Assembly: GCA_963667665.2 (NCBI GenBank)
Contig: OY763927.2
Coordinates: 1,024,001 to 1,088,000, forward strand
From: Nitrosopumilus sp.
GTDB taxonomy: Archaea > Thermoproteota > Nitrososphaeria > Nitrososphaerales > Nitrosopumilaceae
DNA length: 64,000 nt
Reading direction: 5' to 3'
Below, piece after piece: positions 48,609 through 59,474 of the stretch. The notes under the pieces were generated by a model. It searched no databases. It saw nothing but the letters and a program-made list of their open reading frames with translations, and was not told the origin of the DNA. Position 1 is the stretch's first letter, and the number at the start of each line of letters is the position of its first letter. Made by a program: the position numbers and the translations under genes.

Positions 48609-49052
48609 CTAGTAAAGATTTGCTGCATCTTCTTTTAATCTATCTACATCTTGAGAATCATCAAGATGGTCTGCAAGATACGTGTAAAGAGCAGATTTGA
48701 GTACCTTAAGTGAAAGCAAGGCACATTTTATTCTGACAGCTTGTAAATGTTCAAGACCCAACTCACTTAAAATATCATTTTTCTCAATTTTTCTTACATC
48801 ATCAAGACTTTTGCCTTTTGTAATTTCAGTTAAGACTGAAGAGCAAGCCATACAAATTGCACAACCTTTTCCATCGAATTTAATATCAGTGACTTTGTTA
48901 TCATCAATTTTTAGAGCAATATCAATACTATCACCACATAATGGATTGGAATCATGGAAAATTACATCATGATTTTCAAGCTTTCCATAGTTTGTAGGAT
49001 TTCTTGAATAATCAACAATCATTTCATGATAAATATCTGCATTACCACTCAT
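48609..49052 (-). CDS. sufU: Fe-S scaffold/sulfur transfer protein SufU (IscU-like)
   Basis: NPLCGD, GCAIC.A, RIKCA. Confidence 0.92.
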   Translation of the reverse strand: MSGNADIYHEMIVDYSRNPTNYGKLENHDVIFHDSNPLCGDSIDIALKIDDNKVTDIKFDGKGCAICMACSSVLTEITKGKSLDDVRKIEKNDILSELGLEHLQAVRIKCALLSLKVLKSALYTYLADHLDDSQDVDRLKEDAANLY

Positions 49053-50293
49053 AGTTTGAACACCTTTGCTACTTTATTTAATGAATTCACTAGGGCATCA
49101 ATGTCTTCTTTGGTATTGTAAATGTAAAAGCTAGCTCTTGATGTTGCAGCAACATTTAGTCGCTCCATTAAAACTTGTGCACAATGATGACCAGAACGAA
49201 CTGCTATTCCTTCTCCATCAATAATTTGTGCAACATCATGAGGATGCACATCTGCAAAATTAAATGAGATTACACCACCACGTTTTGAAATATCTTTTGT
49301 GCCATAGATATGAATCCCTTTAACTGCAGATAATTTTTCTATAGCATATTTTGTCAGTTCTACTTCGTGTTCTCGTACATTATCCATTCCAATCTTTGTA
49401 AGATAATCTATGGCTGCCCCAAATCCTATAACATCTGCAATATTTGGAGTACCTGCTTCAAATTTGTATGGTAAATCATTCCATGTAGTTTCATACTTGT
49501 GAACTTCTCTAATCATATCACCACCACCATGAAATGGAATCATAGTTTCTAGAACTGATTTTCTAGCCCACAAAACACCAATTCCTGTAGGGCCGAGCAT
49601 TTTGTGCCCAGAAAATGCAAAAAAGTCACATCCCAGTTTTTCAATATCAACTTTCATGTGAGGTACTGCCTGAGCAGCATCAATTAGTGTGAGAACACCT
49701 GCTGCCTTGCATTTTTGTATAATCTTTTTAACATCAGTAATTGTTCCAAGAACATTTGACATTAAACTAAAAGTTACAAGTTTTACTTTCCCTGTTGCAA
49801 GATATTTGTCAAGATCATCTAAAATTAACTCTCCATTATCATCCATTCCAATGTATTCTAATTTAGCACCTTTCTCTTGTGTGAGAAGTTGCCAAGGTAC
49901 TATGTTGCTGTGGTGTTCATATTCAGTAGTAACAATAATGTCACCTTCTTTGATGTGGGGTCTACCCCATGAATATGCAACAAGATTAATTGCCTCAGTA
50001 GTTCCACGAACAAAGATAATTTCCTGACGATCTTTTACGTTGATGAAATTAGCAATTTTATCTCGAGTTGCTTCATATGCTTCAGTTGCTTCCTCAGATA
50101 TAGAATATACTGCTCTGTGAATGTTGGAATTATAATTTTTATAATAATTAGTAATAGAATCAATTACTTGATTGGGTTTTTGTGTTGTTGATGCATTATC
50201 AAGGTATACTAGTCGTTTGTTATCTCTTACAATTCGCTTTAGAATTGGAAAGTCTTTTCTCAAATTTTCAAAAGATGTTTGTGTGCTTTGCAT
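49049..50293 (-). CDS. sufS: Cysteine desulfurase SufS
   Basis: YLDNASTTQKP, EHHSN, SGHKM, RSGHHCA. Confidence 0.96.
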   Translation of the reverse strand: MQSTQTSFENLRKDFPILKRIVRDNKRLVYLDNASTTQKPNQVIDSITNYYKNYNSNIHRAVYSISEEATEAYEATRDKIANFINVKDRQEIIFVRGTTEAINLVAYSWGRPHIKEGDIIVTTEYEHHSNIVPWQLLTQEKGAKLEYIGMDDNGELILDDLDKYLATGKVKLVTFSLMSNVLGTITDVKKIIQKCKAAGVLTLIDAAQAVPHMKVDIEKLGCDFFAFSGHKMLGPTGIGVLWARKSVLETMIPFHGGGDMIREVHKYETTWNDLPYKFEAGTPNIADVIGFGAAIDYLTKIGMDNVREHEVELTKYAIEKLSAVKGIHIYGTKDISKRGGVISFNFADVHPHDVAQIIDGEGIAVRSGHHCAQVLMERLNVAATSRASFYIYNTKEDIDALVNSLNKVAKVFKL

Positions 50294-50296
50294 ATT

Positions 50297-50614
50297 TTAA
50301 ACCTCTACGTAAACCTCGTTGTTATCTATTTTAACATTATACACATTGAGTGCAGTTTCTGCAGGAAGATTTTGTGGCTTCCCATCTTCTAAATTAAAAA
50401 CAGAAAGATGTAATGGACATCTTATACCTTCTTCACTAAGAAATCCAGTAGAAAGATCTGCATTAGCATGAGTGCAAATTAGATCAGTTGCATGTATTTT
50501 GCCCTTTAGATTAGCTAGAAGAATTTTCTTATCATTAATAGTTAAACCAAAAAGCTGTCCTTCTTTTACCTGCTCCAAATTACAAGCCTTTATCCATTCA
50601 GACAGAAAGATCAC
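50297..50614 (-). CDS. Rieske-type ferredoxin
   Basis: CTH...CPLH. Confidence 0.9.
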   Translation of the reverse strand: MIFLSEWIKACNLEQVKEGQLFGLTINDKKILLANLKGKIHATDLICTHANADLSTGFLSEEGIRCPLHLSVFNLEDGKPQNLPAETALNVYNVKIDNNEVYVEV

Positions 50615-52011
50615 CTATACTTGTAGTGTTGTTCGATTTCGGCGTCTTCGTTGTAGCGAGTTTCCTCAATTTCTACAAACTTTGCTAATTCCTCATCAGT
50701 GTTAATTGATAGTTCCTTGTTTTCCCATTTTGATTCAACTAGATATGCAATCCATGCTCGTACTTGGAAAGACATTTTGCGAGATAATGGTTCTAAGAAT
50801 CCTTCAATAATTGTCCTTTCAGCTTCACTATAGCTTAGACATCTAGTATTAAGATAGAATAGTTGTTCTTCATCTATTTGGGCAACAGATGCAGAGTGAG
50901 TAGCTTTGACATCATTAGTTAGAATTTCTAATCCTGGGATAGAGTCAGACTTTGCATCTTTATCAAGTAGAATAGAGCGACCTGACAAAAATGAATTTGA
51001 TTTTGTTGCATTTTCTTTAATTCTAATCATTCCTTTGAAAAGAGATTTTGATTTGTTTCTGAGAATTGATTTTTCTACAACTCTGCCTTCAGTTGATCGA
51101 GCCTCATGAGTCACATTAGTTTGAATATCAAATGATTGTTCATTATTTCCAAAGATAACTTCAGAATCATTACATGATGAACCTGGTCCATTTAGAAAAT
51201 ATTCGATTTTATATCTAGATAATAGTGCGCCAAACAAACCAGAATACCAGTTAACAGTTGCATCTTGAGCCAAGTCAGTTCTTCGTGTGCAAAAACTAAC
51301 TGAGCTTTGATCCATCATCTGTAGTGTAGTGAAATCTAATTGTGCATTAGGTGCAAGAGTTGTATTTAGTAATTCAAGATATGCTTGTTGTTTTTCTGCC
51401 TTTGGAGAGTATAGTTCCTGAACAATTGTTGCCTTGCTGCTCTCATCTGCAAAAATAATATTTCTAGAGATAGTAGATATTCCATCTTCAGATAAACAAG
51501 ATAAGATATGAATTGGTTTTTCTAGTTGGATATTTCGTGGAATATGAATGAAAACTCCTGCATTAAATGCAGCATTGTTTAGTGCAGTAAATTTATCTTC
51601 ATTGGAATTTGATGCTTCCAGTGCTTTTTTTACTAAATCAGAATTGTTTTGAATTGCATCTTCTAGAGAAGAAATTACAAGTCCTTTGGATTTTAGTTCA
51701 TCAGAGATATTGATTCTATAGGTGTTGGTTCCAATTTGAATAATACATATTTCATTTTCTAGCTCTCCAAGTCTTTTTTGAAGAAAACTAGGAACAGTAT
51801 CTGTAGTAGATACAGATAGTGAAACTTGTTGTGGATCCATTTTTTGTGCATCAGTGTATTTATTGTATAGGGGAGAAATTTCAATAGGTAATTTCTCATA
51901 TACAGATAAGGAATTTTGTCTGTATTCTTTTAGCCAATCAGGTTCGTTTCTTGATGAAGAAATCTCATTGATATGACTAGTGCCAAGTTTTGAAAGAGTT
52001 TCTTGAGACAT
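50611..52011 (-). CDS. sufD: Fe-S assembly protein SufD
   Basis: PGLEI..NDV.ATH, LFYL..R. Confidence 0.92.
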   Translation of the reverse strand: MSQETLSKLGTSHINEISSSRNEPDWLKEYRQNSLSVYEKLPIEISPLYNKYTDAQKMDPQQVSLSVSTTDTVPSFLQKRLGELENEICIIQIGTNTYRINISDELKSKGLVISSLEDAIQNNSDLVKKALEASNSNEDKFTALNNAAFNAGVFIHIPRNIQLEKPIHILSCLSEDGISTISRNIIFADESSKATIVQELYSPKAEKQQAYLELLNTTLAPNAQLDFTTLQMMDQSSVSFCTRRTDLAQDATVNWYSGLFGALLSRYKIEYFLNGPGSSCNDSEVIFGNNEQSFDIQTNVTHEARSTEGRVVEKSILRNKSKSLFKGMIRIKENATKSNSFLSGRSILLDKDAKSDSIPGLEILTNDVKATHSASVAQIDEEQLFYLNTRCLSYSEAERTIIEGFLEPLSRKMSFQVRAWIAYLVESKWENKELSINTDEELAKFVEIEETRYNEDAEIEQHYKYR

Positions 52012-52032
52012 GGTTAATCAAAGATTGGGAGT

Positions 52033-53433
52033 CTATCCCACAGAGTCATCCATTTCTAATTTAATGAGTCTGTTTAGTTCTACAGCATATTCCATTGGTA
52101 ATTCTTTTGTGAATGGCTCCATGAATCCATTAACAATTAGTGTTAATGCTTCTTCTTCGTTAAATCCTCTGCTCATAAGGTAGAAAATTTGTTCATCGCC
52201 AATTTTTCCAACTGTTGCTTCGTGAGTGATTGTTGCATCTTCTTGATTGATTTCCATGTATGGATAGGTTTCAGTTTTTGATGTATCATCTAAGAGCAAT
52301 GCATCGCATCTTACAGTGGCCTTAACATTTGTAGCACCTTTTGCTACATGAAGTAATCCTCTGTAAGTGGAACGGCCATCTAGTCTGCTAACTGATTTTG
52401 ATGTGGTTTTAGATGTTGTGTTTGGTGCAAGATGAACCATTTTTGCGCCTGTATCTTGGTGTTGTCCTTTACCTGCAAAGGCAATTGATAGTGTCTCACC
52501 ATATGCTCTCTCACCCATTAGATAGATTCCAGGATATTTCATTGTTAATTTACTTCCAATGTTTCCATCAATCCATTCAACTGTTGCACCTTCATATGCA
52601 TAAGCACGTTTTGTTACAAGATTGTAAACATCGCTACTCCAGTTTTGGATTGTCGTGTATCTTAGTTTTGCATCTTTATGTGCAATTAGTTCTACAACAG
52701 CACAATGAAGTGATTCTGAAGAATAAACAGGGGCAGTACAACCTTCAATGTAATGTACTTCTGCACCTTCATCTACAATTATTAGTGTTCTTTCAAACTG
52801 ACCAATGTTTTCTGCATTAATTCTAAAGTATGCTTGTAAAGGCATATCGACTTTGACACCAGGTGGAATGTAGATAAATGAACCACCACTCCAAACTGCA
52901 CTGTTTAGTGCTGCAAATTTGTTGTCCTCTGGAGGAATAATTTTACCAAAGTATTTCTTGAAAAGTTCTGGATGCTCTTTGAGAGCTGCATCAGTATCCA
53001 AAAATAGAACTCCTTGTTTTGCCAAGTCTTCTCTTAGACTATGATATACAACTTCAGATTCGTATTGTGCACCAACACCTGCTAAGAATTTCTTTTCAGC
53101 TTCTGGAATTCCAAGTTTCTCAAAAGTATTTTTGACATTTTCTGGAACATCATCCCAGTTCTTTTCTACTTTGTCTGTTGCTTTCATGTAATAATAGATA
53201 CTTTGGAAATCAATAGAACTAAGATCGCCACCCCAAGTTGGCATTGGTTTTTGCATAAAAATTTCAAAAGAACGTAATCTAAAATCAAGCATCCACTGGG
53301 GTTCGTCTTTTAGTTTACTAATTTCAATTACAGTATCCTTTGAGAGACCCTTCTTACTAAGGTGAACATACAGTTCTGTAGAGTCTTTAAAATCATATTT
53401 TGAATAATCCATGTCAAGATTTTCAGTTGCCAT
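52033..53433 (-). CDS. sufB: Fe-S assembly protein SufB
   Basis: [35 protein letters not shown]. Confidence 0.97.
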   Translation of the reverse strand: MATENLDMDYSKYDFKDSTELYVHLSKKGLSKDTVIEISKLKDEPQWMLDFRLRSFEIFMQKPMPTWGGDLSSIDFQSIYYYMKATDKVEKNWDDVPENVKNTFEKLGIPEAEKKFLAGVGAQYESEVVYHSLREDLAKQGVLFLDTDAALKEHPELFKKYFGKIIPPEDNKFAALNSAVWSGGSFIYIPPGVKVDMPLQAYFRINAENIGQFERTLIIVDEGAEVHYIEGCTAPVYSSESLHCAVVELIAHKDAKLRYTTIQNWSSDVYNLVTKRAYAYEGATVEWIDGNIGSKLTMKYPGIYLMGERAYGETLSIAFAGKGQHQDTGAKMVHLAPNTTSKTTSKSVSRLDGRSTYRGLLHVAKGATNVKATVRCDALLLDDTSKTETYPYMEINQEDATITHEATVGKIGDEQIFYLMSRGFNEEEALTLIVNGFMEPFTKELPMEYAVELNRLIKLEMDDSVG

Positions 53434-53474
53434 ACAAAAAATAACCCCGTTATATTATAAATACATAAGTAAAA

Positions 53475-53502
53475 ATAGGCAGAGCTAAATAGCTTGAGCT
53501 AA
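53475..53502 (-). promoter_or_regulatory. Two tandem 14-bp boxes (ATAGGCAGAGCTAA, ATAGCTTGAGCTAA) upstream of sufB
   Basis: Proximal box begins 42 nt from the sufB start, the same distance as the sufC box. Confidence 0.6.
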
Positions 53503-53563
53503 ATTTTGAGTGTGGCAAATCTGAAGAAAAGAATTTAGAATAAAACAATACAATACAAAAACA

Positions 53564-54559
53564 GTGAAACTAGAAACTATCAATTTAGCAAATGATCTAA
53601 AAATTTGCAGAATTCTAAATGGAATGTGGCAAGTATCTGGAACTCATGGACAAATTGACAAACAATTGGCAATCAAATCAATGATTGACTATCACAATAA
53701 TGAATTTACTACATGGGATTTAGCAGACATTTACGGACCAGCAGAATCATACATTGGAGAATTTAGAAAAAAAATAAATTCTGAACAAATAGCAAACACA
53801 CAAGCACTAACAAAGTTTGTTCCAAATCCCGGTCCAATGTCAAAAAGTATTGTAGAGTATTACATTGATCAGTCTTTACAAAAAATGAATACAGATATTT
53901 TAGATTTAGTACAATTTCACTGGTGGGACTACAACAATCTTAGTTACATGGATGCAATCGAGCATTTGTTTTCTCTTAAAGAAAAACAAAAAATAAAACA
54001 TGTTGGATTGACAAACTTTGATACAGAAAGAGTCAAGATAATGACTGAGAAAGGATTTACACCAGTTACAAACCAAGTGCAATATTCTATACTAGACCAA
54101 AGAGCAGAAAAACTCATGGTACCATTTTGTCAAAAACATGGAATCAAAATATTAGCATATGGGACATTGTTGGGAGGATTTTTCTCTGAAAAATATCTTA
54201 AAGCAGATGAACCAACGAGAGCAGATCTTGACACTGCAAGCCTTCAAAAATATTACAACATGATTCAAGAATGGGGAGGATGGAAATTATTCCAAGAATT
54301 GTTAGATGTATTAGATACTATTTCAGAAAAACATGATTGCAGTATTGCAAATGTTGCTACAAGATTCATCCTAGATAGGACAGCAGTTGCAGGAGTAATT
54401 ATTGGTGCAAGGCTAGGAATTTCAGAACATATTGAAGGCAATTCTAAGGCATTTGATGTGAGGCTTGATTCAGATGATTTATCTGCAATATCTTCAGTTA
54501 CAACAAAAGCAAACAATCTCTTTGAGATAATTGGAGATTGTGGTGGAGAATATAGATAA
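53564..54559 (+). CDS. Aldo/keto reductase
   Basis: GMWQ, DLADIYG, TK, QFHWW, GLTNFD, NQVQYS. Confidence 0.9.
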   Translation: MKLETINLANDLKICRILNGMWQVSGTHGQIDKQLAIKSMIDYHNNEFTTWDLADIYGPAESYIGEFRKKINSEQIANTQALTKFVPNPGPMSKSIVEYYIDQSLQKMNTDILDLVQFHWWDYNNLSYMDAIEHLFSLKEKQKIKHVGLTNFDTERVKIMTEKGFTPVTNQVQYSILDQRAEKLMVPFCQKHGIKILAYGTLLGGFFSEKYLKADEPTRADLDTASLQKYYNMIQEWGGWKLFQELLDVLDTISEKHDCSIANVATRFILDRTAVAGVIIGARLGISEHIEGNSKAFDVRLDSDDLSAISSVTTKANNLFEIIGDCGGEYR

Positions 54560-54566
54560 TCAAAAA

Positions 54567-55367
54567 TTATACAACAGTTAAAGTATTTTTCATTGCATCA
54601 AATGCACCGGAAACTGTATGAACTTCTGCAACAGTATTTTTTACATTAAATTTTTTCAATTCATCTGAAGTGAATGGTCCAATAGATACTACAGATAATT
54701 TTACAAGATTATCAAGTAAGGTTTCTGCATCATAATCTTTTGACATTATATCAAAGAATCCTCTCACTGAGGATGCACTAGTAAACACAACACCATCAAC
54801 TTTATTTTGTGAGAATAATTCTCTGAATCCATTCCATTGTGTTGTATCTCGAAATGCACAAACATCATACAAATGAATTTCCAACACGTCAATTCCAATC
54901 TTGTTTAGTAATTCTTTCAAAAAAGGAGTTGATGCACCACTGCGTGGAATAATCACCTTTTTTCCAACTGCATGAATAGCTGTAAATTCCTCACCAACAC
55001 CAACTGAAGAAAATGTAGTAGGTTGATGATTCACTTTGATTCCTTCATTTTCAAGTGCAGTTGTAGTTTTGGGACCTACTGACATTACAGTAGTATTTGC
55101 AACTGCTAATTGTAATTGATCAAATTTTCCAGTCTGTTTTGCAGTATCAAATAGTAATTTGACTGCCTTTGAGCTCATAAAAACAGAATAATCTGGATTG
55201 TATGTTTCAATTGATTTCAAGAATTCATCTACAATCTTTTCTCCCTTGCTGACTAGTTCTATAGTTGGTAATGGAATAGGTGTTGCTCCATTTTGTTGTG
55301 CAAGTGCAATAAATTCAGTAGCATCATCTTTGGAGCGAGTGATTGCAATAGTTTTTCCATCAAGCAT
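54567..55367 (-). CDS. hemD: Uroporphyrinogen-III synthase
   Basis: IAITR, VGPKT, FTSASSV, IGPFT. Confidence 0.92.
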   Translation of the reverse strand: MLDGKTIAITRSKDDATEFIALAQQNGATPIPLPTIELVSKGEKIVDEFLKSIETYNPDYSVFMSSKAVKLLFDTAKQTGKFDQLQLAVANTTVMSVGPKTTTALENEGIKVNHQPTTFSSVGVGEEFTAIHAVGKKVIIPRSGASTPFLKELLNKIGIDVLEIHLYDVCAFRDTTQWNGFRELFSQNKVDGVVFTSASSVRGFFDIMSKDYDAETLLDNLVKLSVVSIGPFTSDELKKFNVKNTVAEVHTVSGAFDAMKNTLTVV

Positions 55368-56107
55368 TATTTCCACCCTATAGTATCTGACAAATCAACG
55401 ACTTTGCCAATAATGATGTTGCTTGGAGGAGTAATTTTGTTTGCTTTGACTTTTTTTGCAATGTTAGTTACTGTTCCTTTAATCATTTTTTGTTTTGGAG
55501 TAGTTCCATTTTGAATTACTGCTACTGGAGTATTTTTGTCCAATCCACCAGATATCAGTTGTTTGCATATAATATCAATTCTTGACAATCCCATCATAAT
55601 CACAATAGTATCAACAGACTTTGCAAGTTTTTTCCATTTGACAATCTCTTTTTTCTTTTCAGGATCTTCATGTCCGGTAACAAACACGACTGAGGAAGAA
55701 TGTTTTCTGTGAGTGAGAGGAATTCCAGCATAAGTTGCAGAACCAATTCCAGAAGTAATTCCGGGAACTATTTCAAATTTTACTTTATTTTCTTTGAGAA
55801 ACTCTGCTTCTTCCCCACCACGGCCAAAGATTATTGGATCACCACCCTTTAGTCTAACTATATTTTTTTTAGATTTTGCATATTTTACCATTAAATCATT
55901 CGTTGTAATTTGATGAGTTGTATCATCACCTACTGCTCGTCCAACATAGACTTTTTCTACTCTTTTTGGAATCATAGAGATGATTTGTTTGCTTACCAAT
56001 CTATCATACAAAACAACATCTGCTTTTTTGAGTAACTCAACTGCTCTCAATGTAATTAATTTACTATCTCCAGGACCTGCTCCAACGAGATATACTTTAC
56101 CTGTCAT
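55367..56107 (-). CDS. cobA: Uroporphyrinogen-III C-methyltransferase (SUMT)
   Basis: LVGAGPGD, RLKGGDP..FGRGGEE, PGITS. Confidence 0.96.
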   Translation of the reverse strand: MTGKVYLVGAGPGDSKLITLRAVELLKKADVVLYDRLVSKQIISMIPKRVEKVYVGRAVGDDTTHQITTNDLMVKYAKSKKNIVRLKGGDPIIFGRGGEEAEFLKENKVKFEIVPGITSGIGSATYAGIPLTHRKHSSSVVFVTGHEDPEKKKEIVKWKKLAKSVDTIVIMMGLSRIDIICKQLISGGLDKNTPVAVIQNGTTPKQKMIKGTVTNIAKKVKANKITPPSNIIIGKVVDLSDTIGWK

Positions 56108-57039
56108 GTCTTATTCCATTCCTCCACTTTTTCTCTCCAATTTAATGCAAGTTCATTTACTCCTTTCTCACGGAGTTCCTCTCCAGCACTTTTACCAAGA
56201 GATTTAGGATCTTTCTTATCTCCAGTTTTGTTTACCTGTATTGATTTTTTTCCATCTACAGAGAATGCCACTACACTCAATGTCATTTCAGAACCGTTTG
56301 ATTTTGCATATGCACCAACTGGAAACCGACATCCAGAATCAACAAAGTCCGACAATGCACGTTCTGCTTCAATTTCTAATCTAGAATCAGCATCTTCAAT
56401 TTTTTTCAGCATTGATATTGTTTGGGAATCATCTGCTCTTGCAACTATTGCAATTGCACCTTGTCCAGGGGATGGAGAAAAATCATCAATTGATAATGGA
56501 AAAAACTTTACATCAACACCCAATCTAGTAATTCCTGCCTGTGCAAGAACTATTGCATCATAGTTTTCCCCAGATGCTTTTTTAATTCTTGTTTCAATAT
56601 TTCCTCGAATTGGTTTAACAGTAACATCAGATCTTTTTTGAATAACTTGTACAGCACGACGAAGTGAGCTTGTTCCAATTACTGCACCTGGTTTTATGTT
56701 CTCAAGTGTAGAACCATCTGAAGAAATAAAGACATCATTTACTACTTCGCGTTTTGGAATACAAGCCAAAATGAGACTGTCATCAATTTCTGAAGGAACA
56801 TCTTTGAGACTATGAACAGCAAAATCTACTTCCTTTTGTGCAACAGCCCTATCAATTTCTTTTTCAAAAATTCCTTTCTGATCTATTGTAAATAATGGTC
56901 TTGTATCAGTATCACCTTTTGTTGTGATAGTTTTAATTTCATATTCTGAATCAGGGTTTACTTTTTTTAGTTCTGCAATTACCCAGTTTGTCTGGGCTAC
57001 AGATAATTGACTTCCTCGTGCACCAACTATGTACTTCAA
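56104..57039 (-). CDS. hemC: Hydroxymethylbilane synthase
   Basis: RGSQL, VHSLKD, GTSSLRR, RGNIETR, GCRFPVG. Confidence 0.97.
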   Translation of the reverse strand: MKYIVGARGSQLSVAQTNWVIAELKKVNPDSEYEIKTITTKGDTDTRPLFTIDQKGIFEKEIDRAVAQKEVDFAVHSLKDVPSEIDDSLILACIPKREVVNDVFISSDGSTLENIKPGAVIGTSSLRRAVQVIQKRSDVTVKPIRGNIETRIKKASGENYDAIVLAQAGITRLGVDVKFFPLSIDDFSPSPGQGAIAIVARADDSQTISMLKKIEDADSRLEIEAERALSDFVDSGCRFPVGAYAKSNGSEMTLSVVAFSVDGKKSIQVNKTGDKKDPKSLGKSAGEELREKGVNELALNWREKVEEWNKT

Positions 57040-58313
57040 TTTTTCACCGATTTTAGTGCTGCATGATATACGTCAAGTGTTTTGTTTAGATCAGTTTCAG
57101 TGTGAGAATCAGATAGAAAAACAACCTCAAATTGAGAAGGCGCAATGAATATTCCTTTTTTCAGTAAGGTTTTGAACATTTTTTGGAATTTCTTGGCATT
57201 TGCATTTTTTGATGTCTTATAATCAACTACAGGTTTGTTTGTAAAGAAAATCTGAAACATTGATGATGTAAAATTGATCTGGTGAGGAATTCGCATATCA
57301 GTAGCCATATCATCAAGGGCTGTAGTGAATAACAAATTGTATAATTCAAGTTTAGAATAAAGTTTGTTTTTGATTTTGTTAATTGTCTTAATGGAACTAA
57401 TTGCAGCACTAACAGAAATAGGATTTCCAGCAAAAGTGCTTGCTTGATAGACTTTACCACCTGGAGATAACAAATTCATAATCTCTTTTCGCCCGCCTAC
57501 AGCAGATATTGTAAATCCATTGCTTAGTGCTTTGGCAAGTGTAGTAATGTCTGGTTTGATTCCAAAATGTTCTTGTGCACCGCCAGGGGCTACACGAAAC
57601 CCAGTAACAACTTCATCAAAAATTAATGGAATATTATTTTCTTTAGTAATTTTTCTCAAATCATGAAGAAAATTCTTTTCAGGCAAGATTAACCCCATGT
57701 TAGCTAAGATTGGCTCTACAATAACTCCTGCAATGTCTTTGTTTTGTTTAATTGTTTTTTGTAAATCTTCAATGTCATTATATGGAACAACTAGAGTATT
57801 TTTTGAAACCTCATCTAAACCACCATCAGAGATTGAAATTCCATTGTGTGCAGAACCAGAACCCGCTTTTACCAAAACAGAATCATGTGCACCATGATAG
57901 CATCCTTCAAATTTTATTATTTTTTTCTTTTTTGTAAATCCACGAGCTAATCGGATTGCAGTCATTGTAGCTTCGCCACCAGTATTTACTAATCGCACTT
58001 TGTCCATTGATGGAAAATTTCCAATAATTAATTTTGATAATTCTAATTCAGATTCTGTTGGAGTACAATAAAGAGTTCCTTTAGAGAGTTGTTTTGATAC
58101 TGCTTGTATGATCTCTTTTCTTCTATGTCCTAAAAGTAATGCACCATAACCATTACAAAAATCGATGTAACGATTGTTGTCTTCATCCCAAATGTATGCA
58201 CCATTGGATTTTTTTGTAAAAAATGGATATGGCTCAAAATATCTAACTGGGCTATTGACTCCTGATGGAATCACTTTTTTGGCATTATTGAATAATTTCT
58301 TAGATTTAGACAA
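57036..58313 (-). CDS. hemL: Glutamate-1-semialdehyde 2,1-aminomutase
   Basis: GVNSPVR, FEGCYHG, FDEVVTGFR; start refined to TTG at 58313. Confidence 0.95.
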   Translation of the reverse strand: MSKSKKLFNNAKKVIPSGVNSPVRYFEPYPFFTKKSNGAYIWDEDNNRYIDFCNGYGALLLGHRRKEIIQAVSKQLSKGTLYCTPTESELELSKLIIGNFPSMDKVRLVNTGGEATMTAIRLARGFTKKKKIIKFEGCYHGAHDSVLVKAGSGSAHNGISISDGGLDEVSKNTLVVPYNDIEDLQKTIKQNKDIAGVIVEPILANMGLILPEKNFLHDLRKITKENNIPLIFDEVVTGFRVAPGGAQEHFGIKPDITTLAKALSNGFTISAVGGRKEIMNLLSPGGKVYQASTFAGNPISVSAAISSIKTINKIKNKLYSKLELYNLLFTTALDDMATDMRIPHQINFTSSMFQIFFTNKPVVDYKTSKNANAKKFQKMFKTLLKKGIFIAPSQFEVVFLSDSHTETDLNKTLDVYHAALKSVKN

Positions 58314-58338
58314 TATTTTGCTGTATTTATGGTCATTA

Positions 58339-59022
58339 TTATTCGTAATTTGAGGCTCTTTGGGCTTGGAATTTACCACGAAATAGAAATGCCGCAATAA
58401 TGGTTCCAACAAATGGTGCAGTCAGATATATCCACAAATCATCAAATGTTCCAGATAATAATGCTGGTGCAAAGGCTCGAGCAGGATTCATTGATGCTCC
58501 GGAAATAACTGCGAAAAATAAAATATCTAAACCAACAATCCCACCAATTGCAACACCACTAAATCCTTTCAAACCTTTTGTATACACAACATAAAAGATT
58601 ACACCCATAAGCATTGCAGAAGCTAATACTTCAACTGGAAATATTATAAATATTGAAAAATCATAGTTTGGTGCATTTGCACCAAGATCTGCATTATCTC
58701 CAACAAAACTTAGAACAAATAAGGAACCTAACAGTGCACCAATTATTTCTGCTACAAAATAATATAATACTTGAATTTTTGTAATGTGTCCTGTAATATA
58801 ATAACCAATAGTTACTGCAGGATTAAAATGTGCTAGAGATATTTTTCCAAATGCATACACGCCAATAAGTAATGCAATAAATGGTGCAACAGCTGCAAAT
58901 GGAATTCCTAGATTACCATCAAATGTTTTAGCATCATAAACAATTGAACCAGTAGCAAAAACTACAAGAAGAAATGTTCCAACCAACTCTACAATAAAAA
59001 TTTGTAAATTAGAATATACCAT
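58339..59022 (-). CDS. MIP/aquaporin channel in ars cluster (probable arsenite channel)
   Basis: HFNPA and MNPAR motifs; directly downstream of arsC. Confidence 0.88.
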   Translation of the reverse strand: MVYSNLQIFIVELVGTFLLVVFATGSIVYDAKTFDGNLGIPFAAVAPFIALLIGVYAFGKISLAHFNPAVTIGYYITGHITKIQVLYYFVAEIIGALLGSLFVLSFVGDNADLGANAPNYDFSIFIIFPVEVLASAMLMGVIFYVVYTKGLKGFSGVAIGGIVGLDILFFAVISGASMNPARAFAPALLSGTFDDLWIYLTAPFVGTIIAAFLFRGKFQAQRASNYE

Positions 59023-59025
59023 TAG

Positions 59026-59433
59026 TTATTCCTCAAGTAAATTAATTAGATTAATTACTTCAGTTTTAATTGTGTCACGAATTTTTCGCACATCATCTAT
59101 TGATTTTTCTTTTGGATCAGAGATATTCCAATCAAGTGTATCTTTTACAAATAAAGATGGGCAAGATTCTTTATCCATACATCCCAAGTTGATAGTTTTA
59201 AAAGAATTTTCAATCATCGTGTCGAATAATAATTTGGGTTGTTGATCATCAAGATTAATTCCAATCTCTTTCATTACTTTAACAACCAATGAATTTAGTT
59301 GAGTTGAAGGAATTGTTCCAGCACTAATTACATTGAATTTCTTAGATGCATATTTTCTAAAAAATGCCTCAGCCATTTGGCTACGGCCAGCATTTTCTAC
59401 GCACACAAATAAGATATTTTGAATATCAGCCAC
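59026..59433 (-). CDS. arsC: Arsenate reductase, LMW-PTP (thioredoxin-type) family
   Basis: CVENAGRSQMAE, GC.....CP, W.I.DP. Confidence 0.9.
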   Translation of the reverse strand: MADIQNILFVCVENAGRSQMAEAFFRKYASKKFNVISAGTIPSTQLNSLVVKVMKEIGINLDDQQPKLLFDTMIENSFKTINLGCMDKESCPSLFVKDTLDWNISDPKEKSIDDVRKIRDTIKTEVINLINLLEE

Positions 59434-59474
59434 AATAATAATATAAATATTAGTTTATATAAATCTAAATTGAT

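Noticed and set aside
58314-58412. Long hemL/aquaporin overlap
   Set aside because: Artefact of longest-ORF start choice; the HemL-like sequence begins near TTG 58313
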